64,000 nt of DNA, taken from assembly GCA_963749075.1 (NCBI GenBank), contig CAVVLJ010000016.1:1216001-1280000 (forward strand). The letters run 5' to 3'. Shown here in pieces: positions 40,656 through 50,740 of the stretch. The position numbers were made by a program, and so were the translations under genes. Within the stretch, counting starts at the first letter, position 1. Every line of letters starts with the position of its first letter. Source of the DNA: an uncultured Pseudomonadota bacterium (GTDB taxonomy: Bacteria > Pseudomonadota > Alphaproteobacteria > JACZXZ01). The notes under the pieces are model-generated. The model was not told where the DNA came from and searched no databases. It worked only from the letters and a program-made list of their open reading frames with translations.

Positions 40656-42737
40656 ATGCGCCCGGACATCCTCAATCGCCTCTTCGTGCCCGTGGACGCG
40701 CTCGCGGGCGTGGGGCCGCGCCTGGCCAAGCTCTACGAGCGCCTCTCGGGCCCGCGCGTGGTGGACCTCCTGTGGCACCTGCCGTCGGGCCTCATCGACC
40801 GGCGCTATGCGCCCAAGGTGCGCGACGCCGTCGAGGGGAGGATCGCCACCCTCACCCTTTGGGTCGACGCCCACCAGCCGCCCGGCAATCCTCGCCTCCC
40901 TTACCGGGTGCGCTGCCGCGACGAGACCGGCTTCGTGCATCTCGTCTTCTTCCACGCGCGCGCCGATTATCTCGAGAAGATTTTGCCGGTGGGAGAGCGG
41001 CGCGTGGTGAGCGGCCGGCTCGAGCGCTTCCGCGGCGAGCTGCAGATCACCCATCCTGACCACGTCGGCACGCTCGAGGAGCTCGAGTTCATGAAAGGCG
41101 TCGAGCCGGTCTATCCGCTGACCGCCGGGCTCACCCTCAAGATGGTCGGGAAGACGGTGCGCGCGGCACTCGAGCGGGCACCGGAGCTCGCCGAGTGGAT
41201 CGATGCCCCCTATCGCCAGCGCCAGGGCTGGGACGGCTGGCACCAGGCGCTCTTGAAGGCCCACGCGCCCGAGAGCGAGGCCGACCTTGAGCCTGCTGCG
41301 CCCGCGCGCGCCCGCCTCGCCTATGACGAGCTCCTCGCCAACCAGCTCGCGGTGGCGCTCGTGCGCGCCCACCAGCGCCGTCTCTCCGGCCGCCCGCTCA
41401 GGGGCGACGGCCGCTTGCGCGCCAAGGTGATCGCCGCCCTCCCCTATACCCTCACCCGCTCGCAAACCCAGGCCGTGGACGACGTTGTGGCCGACATGGC
41501 GGGCGAGACGCGCATGCTGCGCCTCCTGCAAGGCGACGTGGGCAGCGGCAAGACCATCGTGGCACTCCTCGCCCTCCTCAATGCGGTCGAGGCGGGCGCC
41601 CAGGGCGTGCTCATGGCGCCGACGGAGATCCTGGCGCGCCAGCATTTCCACACCATCGCCCCCCTCGCCCAGGCCGCGGGCGTGCGTCTGGCGCTCCTGA
41701 CCGGGCGCGACAAGGGCAAGCCCCGCGAGGTCATCCTCGAGGGCCTCAAGGACGGCTCCATCTCGCTCGCCGTCGGCACCCACGCCCTCTTCCAGGAGGA
41801 CGTGGCCTTCAAGGACATCGCCATCGCCGTGGTCGACGAGCAGCACCGCTTCGGCGTGCACCAGCGCCTGCTGCTCGCCGCCAAGGGCCGTGCCATCGAC
41901 ATGCTGGTGATGACGGCGACGCCCATCCCGCGCACCCTCATGCTGGCGGCCTACGGCGACATGGACGAATCGCGTCTCACCGAAAAGCCGGCCGGCCGCA
42001 AGCCCATCGACACGCGCACGCTGCCGCTCAGCCGCCTCGAGGAGGTCATCGCCTCCTTGCGCCGCGCGCTTGCCAAGGGCGCCAAGATCTACTGGGTCTG
42101 CCCCCTCGTCGAGGAGTCGGAGGCGGTCGACCTCGCGGCAGCTACCGAGCGCTACCGCGAGCTCGCCGAGCTCTTCCCGGGCAAGGTCGGCCTCGTGCAC
42201 GGGCGCCTGCGGGCGGCCGAGAAGGACGCCGCCATGGCCGGCTTCCAGCGCGGGCCGCTCGCCATCCTCGTCGCCACCACGGTCATCGAGGTGGGCGTCG
42301 ACGTGCCCGAGGCGAGCGTGATGGTGATCGAGCATGCCGAGCGCTTCGGCCTGGCCCAACTCCACCAGCTGCGCGGCCGCATCGGGCGCGGCGAGGCCGC
42401 CTCTACCTGCCTCCTCCTCTACACGACCCCGCTCGGCGAGACGGCGCACGCGCGCCTGGCCATCCTCCGCGAGAGCGACGACGGCTTCCGCATCGCCGAG
42501 GAGGATTTCCGCCTGCGCGGCCCCGGCGAGCTCCTCGGCACGCGGCAAAGCGGCCTGCCCGCCTTCCGCCTGGCCGACCTCACGCACCACCAGGACCTCC
42601 TCGCCGCCGCGCGCGACGACGCGCGCCTGGCCATCGAGCGCGACCCCGAGCTCAAGAGCGCGCGCGGCGAGGCCATCCGCACGCTCCTCTACCTCTTCGA
42701 GCGCGACGCGGCGATCAGGTATCTGCGATCGGGGTGA
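40656..42737 (+). CDS. recG: ATP-dependent DNA helicase RecG
   Basis: LQGDVGSGKT, DEQHRFG, MTATPIPRT, QLRGRIGRG, DGFRIAEEDFRLRGPG. Confidence 0.97.
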   Translation: MRPDILNRLFVPVDALAGVGPRLAKLYERLSGPRVVDLLWHLPSGLIDRRYAPKVRDAVEGRIATLTLWVDAHQPPGNPRLPYRVRCRDETGFVHLVFFHARADYLEKILPVGERRVVSGRLERFRGELQITHPDHVGTLEELEFMKGVEPVYPLTAGLTLKMVGKTVRAALERAPELAEWIDAPYRQRQGWDGWHQALLKAHAPESEADLEPAAPARARLAYDELLANQLAVALVRAHQRRLSGRPLRGDGRLRAKVIAALPYTLTRSQTQAVDDVVADMAGETRMLRLLQGDVGSGKTIVALLALLNAVEAGAQGVLMAPTEILARQHFHTIAPLAQAAGVRLALLTGRDKGKPREVILEGLKDGSISLAVGTHALFQEDVAFKDIAIAVVDEQHRFGVHQRLLLAAKGRAIDMLVMTATPIPRTLMLAAYGDMDESRLTEKPAGRKPIDTRTLPLSRLEEVIASLRRALAKGAKIYWVCPLVEESEAVDLAAATERYRELAELFPGKVGLVHGRLRAAEKDAAMAGFQRGPLAILVATTVIEVGVDVPEASVMVIEHAERFGLAQLHQLRGRIGRGEAASTCLLLYTTPLGETAHARLAILRESDDGFRIAEEDFRLRGPGELLGTRQSGLPAFRLADLTHHQDLLAAARDDARLAIERDPELKSARGEAIRTLLYLFERDAAIRYLRSG

Positions 42738-43632
42738 GGCGAGCGACGGGCGCGGCGCGCGCCTCGGCGCCGCTCTCGCGGTGGAGCGCCACGCCGGCGA
42801 TGACGAGCGCGATGCCGCCGAGCTCAGCCATGGTCGGCATCTGGTGCAGCACGAGGATGCCGATCGCGCTGGCAGTGGCCGGGAGCAAGGCGAGAAGCAG
42901 GGCGAAGGTGGCGCGCGGCAGGCGCGCCATGGCGAGCTGGTCGCACACGTAGGGGATCACCGAGGAGGAGATGCCGACGCCGATGCCGGCCGCGAGGAGG
43001 AGCGGATGGCTGAAGGCCGGTGCCGCGTCGGCGATGCCGATCGGAAGGGCTGCCACCATGGCCACCAGCATGGCGGCACCCAGCCGGTCGATGCCGACGC
43101 CGCCGCCCTCGCCCGCGATGCGGTGGCCGAGCACCACATAGAGCATGAAGAGCGCGCAATTGGCGAAGGCGAAGAGAAAGCCGAGGGGCGCTCCGGCGAT
43201 GCGCACGTCGGTCAGCACATAGACGCCCGCCGCGGCAAGTGCCAAAGCCGCGAAATTGCGCCGCGTGCGCATGCCGGCGGCGGCGAGCCCGATGGGACCC
43301 AGGAACTCGATGGCGCCGACCGTGCCGAGCGGCAGCCGGTCGATCGCCAGATAGAAGCAGACGTTCATCAGGGCGAGCACGACCCCGAGCGTGACGATGG
43401 TGCGCTGGGCCTGGCGGCCGGCCGCACGGAAATAGCGCCATGGCCGGCGCCATAAGGCGAAAACGACCGCGGCGCTGGCGATCCTCAGCCAGGCCACGCC
43501 GAGCGGTGCGACCGCCGCGAAGAGGAGCACGGCAAAGGCCGGCCCCAGGTAATGGAAGACGGCGCTCACCAGGAAGAAGAGGTGCGGCGGCAAGCGCTCG
43601 GCGAGCGGCGGGGCGGCGGAACGGGCTGTCAT
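42715..43632 (-). CDS. EamA-family exporter (RhtA-like)
   Basis: FHYLGPAFAV, AIDRLPLG..AIEFLGP, SSVIPY. Confidence 0.88.
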   Translation of the reverse strand: MTARSAAPPLAERLPPHLFFLVSAVFHYLGPAFAVLLFAAVAPLGVAWLRIASAAVVFALWRRPWRYFRAAGRQAQRTIVTLGVVLALMNVCFYLAIDRLPLGTVGAIEFLGPIGLAAAGMRTRRNFAALALAAAGVYVLTDVRIAGAPLGFLFAFANCALFMLYVVLGHRIAGEGGGVGIDRLGAAMLVAMVAALPIGIADAAPAFSHPLLLAAGIGVGISSSVIPYVCDQLAMARLPRATFALLLALLPATASAIGILVLHQMPTMAELGGIALVIAGVALHRESGAEARAAPVARLTPIADT

Positions 43633-43726
43633 GGCGCCGCGATGATCGCAGCCGCAATCAGGGATGTGGATGGCGGCTTCAAGGTGTTATTGTGTATTTG
43701 CCTTCGATTTGAAAGGAAAGAGCGCA

Positions 43727-44203
43727 ATGCGCCTTCGTATGTCGGAGCTCCTCACGGACGCCCGCAACGTCGAGCTGCTCCGCCTCCTCAGCGGCGATCC
43801 GCGCATGAGCGTTGCGGCGCTGGCGCGCCGCATCGGCATGTCGGCGCCCGCGGTGCGCGAGCGCATTCAGCGCCTGGAGGAGGCGGGCGTCATCGCGGGC
43901 TACCGGCTGGAGATCGCACCCGAGGCGCTCGGCTACCCGGTCGCCGTCTTCGTGCGCATCCGCCCCATGCCGGGGAAGCTCGCGAAGATCGCCGAGCTGG
44001 CGCGCGGCATGCCGCAAGTGACGGAATGCCATCGCATCACCGGCGAGGACTGCTTCATCTTGAAGCTCAATATCGCGGCGATCGAGGAGCTCGACCGCGT
44101 GCTCGACCGCTTCCTCGCCTATGGCCAGACCACGACCTCGCTGGTGCAATCGACGCCCGTGCCGCCCAGAGCACTCCCGCTCCCCGGCGAGCGGCGGGAG
44201 TGA
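43727..44203 (+). CDS. Lrp/AsnC-family regulator, divergent from the EamA gene
   Basis: LARRIGMSAPAVRERIQRLEEAGVI, ECHRITGEDC. Confidence 0.93.
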   Translation: MRLRMSELLTDARNVELLRLLSGDPRMSVAALARRIGMSAPAVRERIQRLEEAGVIAGYRLEIAPEALGYPVAVFVRIRPMPGKLAKIAELARGMPQVTECHRITGEDCFILKLNIAAIEELDRVLDRFLAYGQTTTSLVQSTPVPPRALPLPGERRE

Positions 44204-44229
44204 GGCGAGGCGCTTGCAGCGACATCGGC

Positions 44230-44345
44230 GGTCCTTCGAGGCGCAACCCTTTCGGGTTGCTCCTCAGGATGAGGAAAATTTGTGTGTGGCAGAAAGACAT
44301 CTCCTCGTCCTGAGGAGCGAGCGCAGCGAGCGTCTCGAAGGACCC
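44230..44345. repeat. Inverted pair of a second REP-like family (TCCTTCGAG..GCTCCTCAGGAYGAGG)
   Basis: GGTCCTTCGAGGCGCAACCCTTTCGGGTTGCTCCTCAGGATGAGGA and inverted copy TCCTCGTCCTGAGGAGC..CGTCTCGAAGGACC, between convergent genes. Confidence 0.85.
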
Positions 44346-44383
44346 GCCGCGGCCGGTCCGAGGCGCCTTGGCATAGTGCCGGG

Positions 44384-44926
44384 CTAGCCGCGCCCCTTCT
44401 CCGGCGGCGCCTCGGCGAGCGCGATCTCGACCATGAGGTCGCCGGCGAGGCGCTCGAGGACCTCGCGCAGCTCGGCCGCCGTCGTCGTCGCAGGCGCGCT
44501 CAAGCGCGCCGTCGCGCGGAAGATCGCGGCACCCGACATGGAGCCGCTCGCGATCTCGGTGGCGAGCTCCTCGATGTTGACGCCGCGCTCCGCCAGCGCC
44601 CGGGCGACCTCGCGGACGATGCCGGGATGGTCGTGGCCCATGAGCTCGAGCGTGAAAGCCTCGCGGCCGGCGGGCAGCGCTCCCCGCGAGCTCTTCTCCA
44701 CGCTGACGCTGAGGCCTTCGCCGGCGAGCCCGTGCAGTGCTTCGACGAGTGCCGCCGACTTGGCCTCGGGCACGCTCACCCGGACGATGCCGGCGAATTC
44801 GCCGGCGAGGCGCGCCATTCGGCTTTCGAGCCAATTGCCGTCGCACGCCGCGACCTTCTCGGAGAGCGCGCGCACCAAGCCCGGCCGGTCCTTGCCGATG
44901 ACCGTGAGGATGAGCAAGTCCGTCAT
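44384..44926 (-). CDS. Tandem ACT-domain protein (GcvR-like)
   Basis: IGKDRPGLV, GNWLESRM..GEFAG, GHDHPGIV..VNIEEL. Confidence 0.88.
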   Translation of the reverse strand: MTDLLILTVIGKDRPGLVRALSEKVAACDGNWLESRMARLAGEFAGIVRVSVPEAKSAALVEALHGLAGEGLSVSVEKSSRGALPAGREAFTLELMGHDHPGIVREVARALAERGVNIEELATEIASGSMSGAAIFRATARLSAPATTTAAELREVLERLAGDLMVEIALAEAPPEKGRG

Positions 44927-45273
44927 CGCGACGATCCTTCGCCCGTCTCGTCATCCTCCGCCAATGCCGCGCGGATGGCATCGCGCACCGCAGACGGCTG
45001 GCGCTCGACGGCGCGCGTCACGGTCTTGAGCGTGGCGCGCAGCTCGTAGAGCTGATCGAGCAGCGAGAGCACGAGCGGCACGGTCTCCTCGCCGACCTCG
45101 AGCTCGTGGCGGAGGTCGTAGATGAGGCGCACGCGCGCCACGTCGATCTCGTGGAAGAGCCAGCCGCCCTCCTCGGCCGGCTCGGGCTCGACCCAGCGGC
45201 GCTCGATCCAGGCCGCGAGCTCGGCCGTCCCGAGGTCGGGGAAGAGTGCTGCCATGGCCGCGAAGCGCATCAT
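44923..45273 (-). CDS. cbpM: Chaperone modulator CbpM (MerR-like)
   Basis: WIERRWVEP..DVARVRLI.DL..LVLSLLDQ; coupled to the upstream DnaJ-like gene. Confidence 0.8.
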   Translation of the reverse strand: MMRFAAMAALFPDLGTAELAAWIERRWVEPEPAEEGGWLFHEIDVARVRLIYDLRHELEVGEETVPLVLSLLDQLYELRATLKTVTRAVERQPSAVRDAIRAALAEDDETGEGSSR

Positions 45274-46166
45274 GTGCCGGCCATCCCCTTGCGCGGATCG
45301 TAAGCATGCCGCGGCTCCCAGCTCTTGAGGAACTCGGCGAGCGCGGGCTCCGCACCCGGCGGCAGCGCCACCTTGAGCACGGCATATTGATGGCCGCCGC
45401 CGATGCCGCGGCCCTTGAGCCTGAGCCGCGTGCCGCTCGTCGAGTGGGGCGGGATGGCGAGGCTGACCGGCCCGCGGATGGTCGGCACCTGCACCTTGGC
45501 ACCGAGCACCGCCTCCTTGAGGGTGACGGGAAGCTCGATCAGCACGTCGTCGCCCTCGCGGCGGAAGAGCGGGTGGGGCGCCACGCGCACCTCGATGAGC
45601 GCATCGCCCGGCGGCCCCTCGCCGAGGCCGGGCAGGCCCTGGCCCTTGAGCCGCAGCACCTGGCCGTCCTTGAGCCCGGCCGGCACGGTCACGTCGAGGG
45701 TGCGTCCGTCGGGCAGGCCCAGGCGGCGCACCGTGCCGTTGGCGGCGTCGAGGAAATCGACGGCGAGCGTGTAGTGCGCGTCCGGCCCGCGCGCCGTGAA
45801 CCCCCCCTGGCCGAAGCGGTCGCGGAAGGCCTGGCCGAAGATGCTCTCGAGGTCGTCGGGGCTGAAGGCCTGCTCGGAGCGGTACTTGGCGCGGTGGCCC
45901 TCGTCGCCGAAGTCGCGGTAGAAGCGGCGCTCGCTCGGCCGCTCGGCGCCGCTGGCGTCGATCTCGCCGCGGTCGAAGCGCCCGCGCTTCTCCGCATCGG
46001 AGAGCAGGTCGTAGGCCGAAGCGATGGCCTTGAAGCGCTCCTCGGCATCCTTCTTGCCGGGATTGAGGTCCGGGTGGTAGCGCTTGGCGAGCTTGCGATA
46101 AGCCGCCCGGATGGCCTCCGCCGAGGCGCTGCGCTCGACGCCGAGCGTCTTGTAGGGATCGTCCAT
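45270..46166 (-). CDS. cbpA: DnaJ-class curved DNA-binding protein
   Basis: J domain DPYKTLGV..HPD, no Zn finger, DnaJ_C (LRLKGQG, EAVLG). Confidence 0.85.
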   Translation of the reverse strand: MDDPYKTLGVERSASAEAIRAAYRKLAKRYHPDLNPGKKDAEERFKAIASAYDLLSDAEKRGRFDRGEIDASGAERPSERRFYRDFGDEGHRAKYRSEQAFSPDDLESIFGQAFRDRFGQGGFTARGPDAHYTLAVDFLDAANGTVRRLGLPDGRTLDVTVPAGLKDGQVLRLKGQGLPGLGEGPPGDALIEVRVAPHPLFRREGDDVLIELPVTLKEAVLGAKVQVPTIRGPVSLAIPPHSTSGTRLRLKGRGIGGGHQYAVLKVALPPGAEPALAEFLKSWEPRHAYDPRKGMAGT

Positions 46167-46200
46167 GGCGGCGGAGAATATCCCAGCCCTCGCGGCGGCG

Positions 46201-46941
46201 CTACGGCACTGGCGCCTTCTCCGAGCGGCCGGCGATGGCGCGGGACTTGCGCGCGGCAAGGGCCGCCGCCTCGGGCGGCACCACGATGCCGCTCGAGAGG
46301 ATCATCTTCATCGCCGCATCGACGCTCATCTCGAGCGGCATCACCTTGTCGCGCGGCACGAAGATGAGATAGCCGCCCGTAGGGTTGGGCGTGGTCGGCA
46401 CCATGATGCTGACGACGTTGGCCGGCAGGCGCGCCTGGATCTCGCCCGCCGTCTCGGCTGTGACGAAGCCGAGCGTCCAGCTTCCGGCGTGGGGCCACTC
46501 CACCAGCACGACCTGGCGGAAGGCGCTCGCCTTTTGCGAGAAGACCGCCTCGACGAGCTGCTTGACGGCGCTGTAGATGCCGCTGATGACCGGCATGCGC
46601 ACGAGCAGCATCTCGGAGAGGCGCACGAAGACGCGGCCGACGTAGCCGGCGGTCATGGCGCCGATCAGCGTCACCGCCACGAGCACGACGACGAGGCCGA
46701 GGCCGGGGATGCCGAAGGGCAGGTAGCTGTTCGGATTGTAGGCCTCGGGGATGAGCGGGTTGACCCGCGAGTCGACGAAATCGAGGACGAGATAGGCGAT
46801 GTAGAAGGTGATGCTGACGGGGGCCATCACCAGCACCCCGGCGAGGAAATAGGCGCGCATGCGGGCGCCGAAGGTGAGCGGCGGCACGCCCGCCCTGCCC
46901 TCGCCCTCCGTCGTCCGCGGCTGCAGCGGCTTCTCCGGCAT
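46201..46941 (-). CDS. DUF502 membrane protein
   Basis: YFLAGVLV, P..SGIYSAVKQ, VPTTPNPTGG. Confidence 0.9.
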   Translation of the reverse strand: MPEKPLQPRTTEGEGRAGVPPLTFGARMRAYFLAGVLVMAPVSITFYIAYLVLDFVDSRVNPLIPEAYNPNSYLPFGIPGLGLVVVLVAVTLIGAMTAGYVGRVFVRLSEMLLVRMPVISGIYSAVKQLVEAVFSQKASAFRQVVLVEWPHAGSWTLGFVTAETAGEIQARLPANVVSIMVPTTPNPTGGYLIFVPRDKVMPLEMSVDAAMKMILSSGIVVPPEAAALAARKSRAIAGRSEKAPVP

Positions 46942-47033
46942 CTCGGCACTCCGTTCGTCGCTTGCCGGCCCCCGAGCAAGAGATTGGGCGGCGGCGCCGG
47001 GGCAAGTGCCCGGCCCTGCGCGGCGCTGCCACC

Positions 47034-47282
47034 TCAGCGCATGCGCAGCGCCTGGTCCGCCTTGGCCACGTCGCGCATGCAGCGGTCGGCCTCGCGCATG
47101 GTGAGCGCGCGCCGCGCCTCGTCGAGCAGCGCCTCGATGATGCGCCGCTTGCCCGGATCATAGACGTGCTGCAACAGCGCCTCGACCTTGAGGATCTCGA
47201 GATCGCAGGGTGCGGCAAAGCTCGCGGGCGCACCGAGCGCAGAGCCGGCGGCGATGAGCATCGCCAGTATGACGGTCCGCAT
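47034..47282 (-). CDS. Small secreted helical protein with two Cys
   Basis: GAGGAGG SD, signal peptide ending ASFA, C..C spacing. Confidence 0.7.
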   Translation of the reverse strand: MRTVILAMLIAAGSALGAPASFAAPCDLEILKVEALLQHVYDPGKRRIIEALLDEARRALTMREADRCMRDVAKADQALRMR

Positions 47283-47408
47283 GATCGCCCCCCTCCTCGC
47301 TCACCCTCACTGTGGGCGAGCCCCCTCGCGGCGACAAGTGAAAAGTGCGGCGGCAGCCGGCCGCGCGCGCATCGAGCCATGCTCGCCGTCGTCTCACATG
47401 AGCGCCCC

Positions 47409-47438
47409 GGCCGCGATCCTCCTGGCCGCGATCCTCCT
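47409..47438. repeat. 15-bp tandem duplication
   Basis: GGCCGCGATCCTCCT x2. Confidence 0.8.
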
Positions 47439-47763
47439 TGTACGCTCGCGCGAGCTAGCATAGATTCGCGGTCAATAGCGCCGATCGTCGTGGCACACGG
47501 AGCCCTGGCGGACGCATGAGAGCCTGACGGCCGGGGGGACGCTGGTCAGGCGGGCCGTCAAGGGAAGCCGCGGACATCGCGGCTTGGCCGCTGGTCAGAG
47601 TGCGCGACGAAAGAAAAGCTGCATGGAATGGGCGGCCGAAGTGCTGAGCTATCCGGGATGCCTTGCGCATCGGGGAGGCATTCTCGTGCCGCGTCGGCGA
47701 GGCCGGTGACGCGGGCCGGGAGAGAGGGCGGCGGCGCCGCGATCCAGTGCAGGAGTGGGGGGC

Positions 47764-49263
47764 ATGGCGGGGGGATTTTTTCGACGCTCGCTTCGCGACG
47801 GGCTCCTGATCGGGACCGCGCTGCCGATGCTCACGGCGGTGCTCGGGCTGGCCGCGATTTCCGCGGCCGCCGAGACGCCGGTGGGCGTCACCTCGGCGGT
47901 CAACCCCGACGCCATCGGCCAACCGCCGAACGAGCCGGAGCGGGCGCTCGTGGTCGGCCACAACGTCATGCACAACGAGCGCATCACGACGCGCGGCATG
48001 GGCCAGACGCAGATTCTCTTCGCCGATCAATCGTCGCTCACCGTGGCGCCCAATTCGGAAGTGGTGATCGACGAGTTCGTCTACGACCCCGAGAAACAGA
48101 TCGGCAGCATGGTGGCGAACGTTGCCACCGGCCTCTTGCGCTATGTCGGCGGCAAGGTGAGCAAACAGAAGGACGTTACCTTCACCACCCCCTCGGCCGC
48201 CATTACCGTCCGCGGCGGCATCTTGTTCATCGACGCAGGTCCCGGCAATCAGGTCACCTCGGCCTTTGCCTTCGGCGACTATATGTGCGTGCTCGCGAGC
48301 GGCCGGAAGGTCTGCACCGAGCTTCCGGGCACGGCCATTCTCGTAGGCGGGCCGGGTCAGCCGCCGTCGGCACCCTTCCCCATCGGGTTTGCCCAGCTCC
48401 AGGGCTGGGTCGGCGGGTTCCAAGGCGGCAACCCGGGGTCTCTCGCCAGCTTCATCGGCGCGCTGCCGCCAGGGAACGGCCCGGGCAATTTCAATGCGCC
48501 GCTCGGCAGCAACATACCTATCACCTTCACCAATGGCGGGCCGCAGACGTTCATCGTCACGACCTCGCCGACGCCCACGCCGACGCCGACGCCGACACCA
48601 ACACCAACGCCTACCCCAACGCCGACACCGACGCCTACCCCCACACCGACGCCTACCCCCACGCCGACGCCGACACCTACCCCCACACCGACGCCTACTC
48701 CCACGCCCACGCCGACACCCACCCCCACACCGACACCCACCCCCACACCGACACCCACCCCCACCCCGACGCCCACTCCCACTCCGACGCCGACTCCCAC
48801 TCCGACGCCAACACCGACGCCTTGCACCACGGACGGCCCTGCCAATACCCCTACGTGCACGGGGACGAAGCAATCTTCGCTCGCGCAGTCCTCTTCGGCG
48901 CAGGCGACAGTGATGCTGCCGCTCCCTCTGCAGCCGATCGCGGCGCCAGGCGAACCGGCCCTGCCGTTGGCTTCAGCCAACGGCGACCGCTACAGCTTCT
49001 CCGGCCCCTTCTCCGGCAGCGTCGGAAGCGCTTGGCCAGGTGCCCTGCTTGGCGGGAGCTCGGAGAGCGTGGCTCGCGACCAGCAGAAGATCTTCGCCGA
49101 TCGCGACTCCCTCATGCGCGCCTTGGCCAAGCGCGAGCGCATGGCTATCGACCGCAGGAGATGGGCGGAGTGGCGCAACCGTCTCGGTCATTTTGCGCGG
49201 CAGGCGATCGGCGGCCATGGGCGTGGCGGAGGTTCCCCGAAGGGCGGTCCCGGAACCCTCTGA
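47764..49263 (+). CDS. Secreted FecR-domain protein with long Pro-Thr linker
   Basis: Signal/TM segment; [48 protein letters not shown]; (PT)n tract. Confidence 0.85.
   Translation: MAGGFFRRSLRDGLLIGTALPMLTAVLGLAAISAAAETPVGVTSAVNPDAIGQPPNEPERALVVGHNVMHNERITTRGMGQTQILFADQSSLTVAPNSEVVIDEFVYDPEKQIGSMVANVATGLLRYVGGKVSKQKDVTFTTPSAAITVRGGILFIDAGPGNQVTSAFAFGDYMCVLASGRKVCTELPGTAILVGGPGQPPSAPFPIGFAQLQGWVGGFQGGNPGSLASFIGALPPGNGPGNFNAPLGSNIPITFTNGGPQTFIVTTSPTPTPTPTPTPTPTPTPTPTPTPTPTPTPTPTPTPTPTPTPTPTPTPTPTPTPTPTPTPTPTPTPTPTPTPTPTPTPTPTPTPTPCTTDGPANTPTCTGTKQSSLAQSSSAQATVMLPLPLQPIAAPGEPALPLASANGDRYSFSGPFSGSVGSAWPGALLGGSSESVARDQQKIFADRDSLMRALAKRERMAIDRRRWAEWRNRLGHFARQAIGGHGRGGGSPKGGPGTL
48568..48822 (+). 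repeat. Coding hexamer repeat encoding (PT)42P
   Basis: CCN-ACN units over 255 nt, varying only at third positions. Confidence 0.95.
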
Positions 49264-49396
49264 GGCCGAATAAGCCGGCCGAGCGGAAAGATTGCGCGGG
49301 CGCGTGTCCCTTCGGCTCGCCGCTGTGGACCTCGTGCGACCCGCCGCGCTACTATCGCCGCCGCGCCATGCAACGAAACCACCTTGGGGAGGCACC

Positions 49397-49723
49397 GTGC
49401 CGAAACCTCCGTCATCCGCCGCCCGCGACAACATCCGCGCCTTCGCACCCAAGCTCGTCGAGCTCACCGAAAGCGTGCTCTTCGGCGACGTGTGGGAGCG
49501 CCCCGGGCTTTCCAAGCGCGACCGCAGCCTCATCACCGTGGCGACGCTCGTGGCGCTCAACCGCAGCGAGCAGCTGCGCGGCCATCTCCTGCGCGCCCTC
49601 CATAACGGCGTCACCGAGGCCGAGATCATCGAGCTGATCACGCACCTGGCGTTCTATTCCGGCTGGCCGACGGCCATGTCGGCGGCGACGCTGGCGAAGG
49701 ACGTGTTCGAGAAGCAGGCCTAG
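49397..49723 (+). CDS. Carboxymuconolactone decarboxylase family protein
   Basis: LFGDVWERPGLSKRDRSLIT, HLAFYSGWP. Confidence 0.92.
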   Translation: MPKPPSSAARDNIRAFAPKLVELTESVLFGDVWERPGLSKRDRSLITVATLVALNRSEQLRGHLLRALHNGVTEAEIIELITHLAFYSGWPTAMSAATLAKDVFEKQA

Positions 49724-49766
49724 CGGCGGCGCGCAACGCCGGACTTCCCTCACATCGGAGGCAAGC

Positions 49767-50708
49767 ATGCAGGTGGGCTTCATCGGGCTCGGCACCATGG
49801 GTGCCAGCATGGCGGCGAATTTGCAGAAGGCCGGCTATCGGCTGGTGGTGCACGACGCACGCCGCGCCGCGGCGGAGCAGCATCTGGCGCGCGGCGCCGT
49901 GTGGGCCGGCTCGCCGCGCGAGGTCGCCGAGACGGCCGAGGTGGTGTTCAGCTCGCTGCCCGGGCCGCCCGAGGTCGAGGCGGTGGCGCTCGGCGCCGAC
50001 GGCCTCTTGCCGGCCACCCGTCCGGGCAGCACCTATTTCGATCTCTCGACCAATGCCCCCGCCACGATGCGCCGCATCCATGCCGCCTTCGCCGAGCGCG
50101 GCGCTTACGTGCTCGATGCGCCGGTGAGCGGCGGGCCGCGCGGTGCGGCGAGCGGCAAGCTCGCCATCTGGGTCGGCGGCGACGAGGCGGTCTTCAAGGT
50201 GCGCCGGCCGCTCCTCGACGCCATCGGCGATCAGGCGCGCTACATCGGGCCGATCGGCGCCGGCACGGTCGCCAAGCTCGTGCACAACTGCGCGGGCTAC
50301 GCCATCCAGCGCGCGCTCTCCGAGGTCTTCACCATGGGCGTCAAGGCCGGCGTCGAGCCCCTCGCCCTCTGGGAGGCGGTGCGCCAGGGTGCGGCGGGAC
50401 GGCGGCGCACCTTCGATGCGCTGGTCGACCAGTTCCTGCCGGGCGTCTTCGACCCGGCGGCCTTCTCCCTGCGCCTTGCCCACAAGGACGTTTCGCTCGC
50501 CACGGCGCTCGGCCGCGAGGTCGGCGTGCCCATGCCGATGGCGGAGCTGGCGCTGGCCGAGCTCTCGGAGGCGCTGGCGCGCGGCTGGGGCAGCCGCGAT
50601 TCGCGCGCCGCCATGCTGCTGCAGGAGGAGCGCGCCGGCGTCAGCATTGCGGTCGATCGAGCCGAGTTGCAGCGCGCCGTCGAGCGCGACGGCCGCCCCC
50701 AGGCGTAG
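49767..50708 (+). CDS. 3-hydroxyisobutyrate dehydrogenase family NAD(P)-dependent oxidoreductase
   Basis: GFIGLGTMG, DAPVSGG, KLVHN, LAHKD. Confidence 0.93.
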   Translation: MQVGFIGLGTMGASMAANLQKAGYRLVVHDARRAAAEQHLARGAVWAGSPREVAETAEVVFSSLPGPPEVEAVALGADGLLPATRPGSTYFDLSTNAPATMRRIHAAFAERGAYVLDAPVSGGPRGAASGKLAIWVGGDEAVFKVRRPLLDAIGDQARYIGPIGAGTVAKLVHNCAGYAIQRALSEVFTMGVKAGVEPLALWEAVRQGAAGRRRTFDALVDQFLPGVFDPAAFSLRLAHKDVSLATALGREVGVPMPMAELALAELSEALARGWGSRDSRAAMLLQEERAGVSIAVDRAELQRAVERDGRPQA

Positions 50709-50740
50709 GGCGCGCGCAGACGCGCTTCCATGAGGCCGCC

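Noticed and set aside
47409-47438. 15-bp tandem repeat as an insertion scar or operator
   Set aside because: No element or regulator can be tied to it; recorded only as a repeat
48568-48822. CRISPR array or non-coding VNTR
   Set aside because: 6-bp in-frame coding unit without spacers; no cas genes
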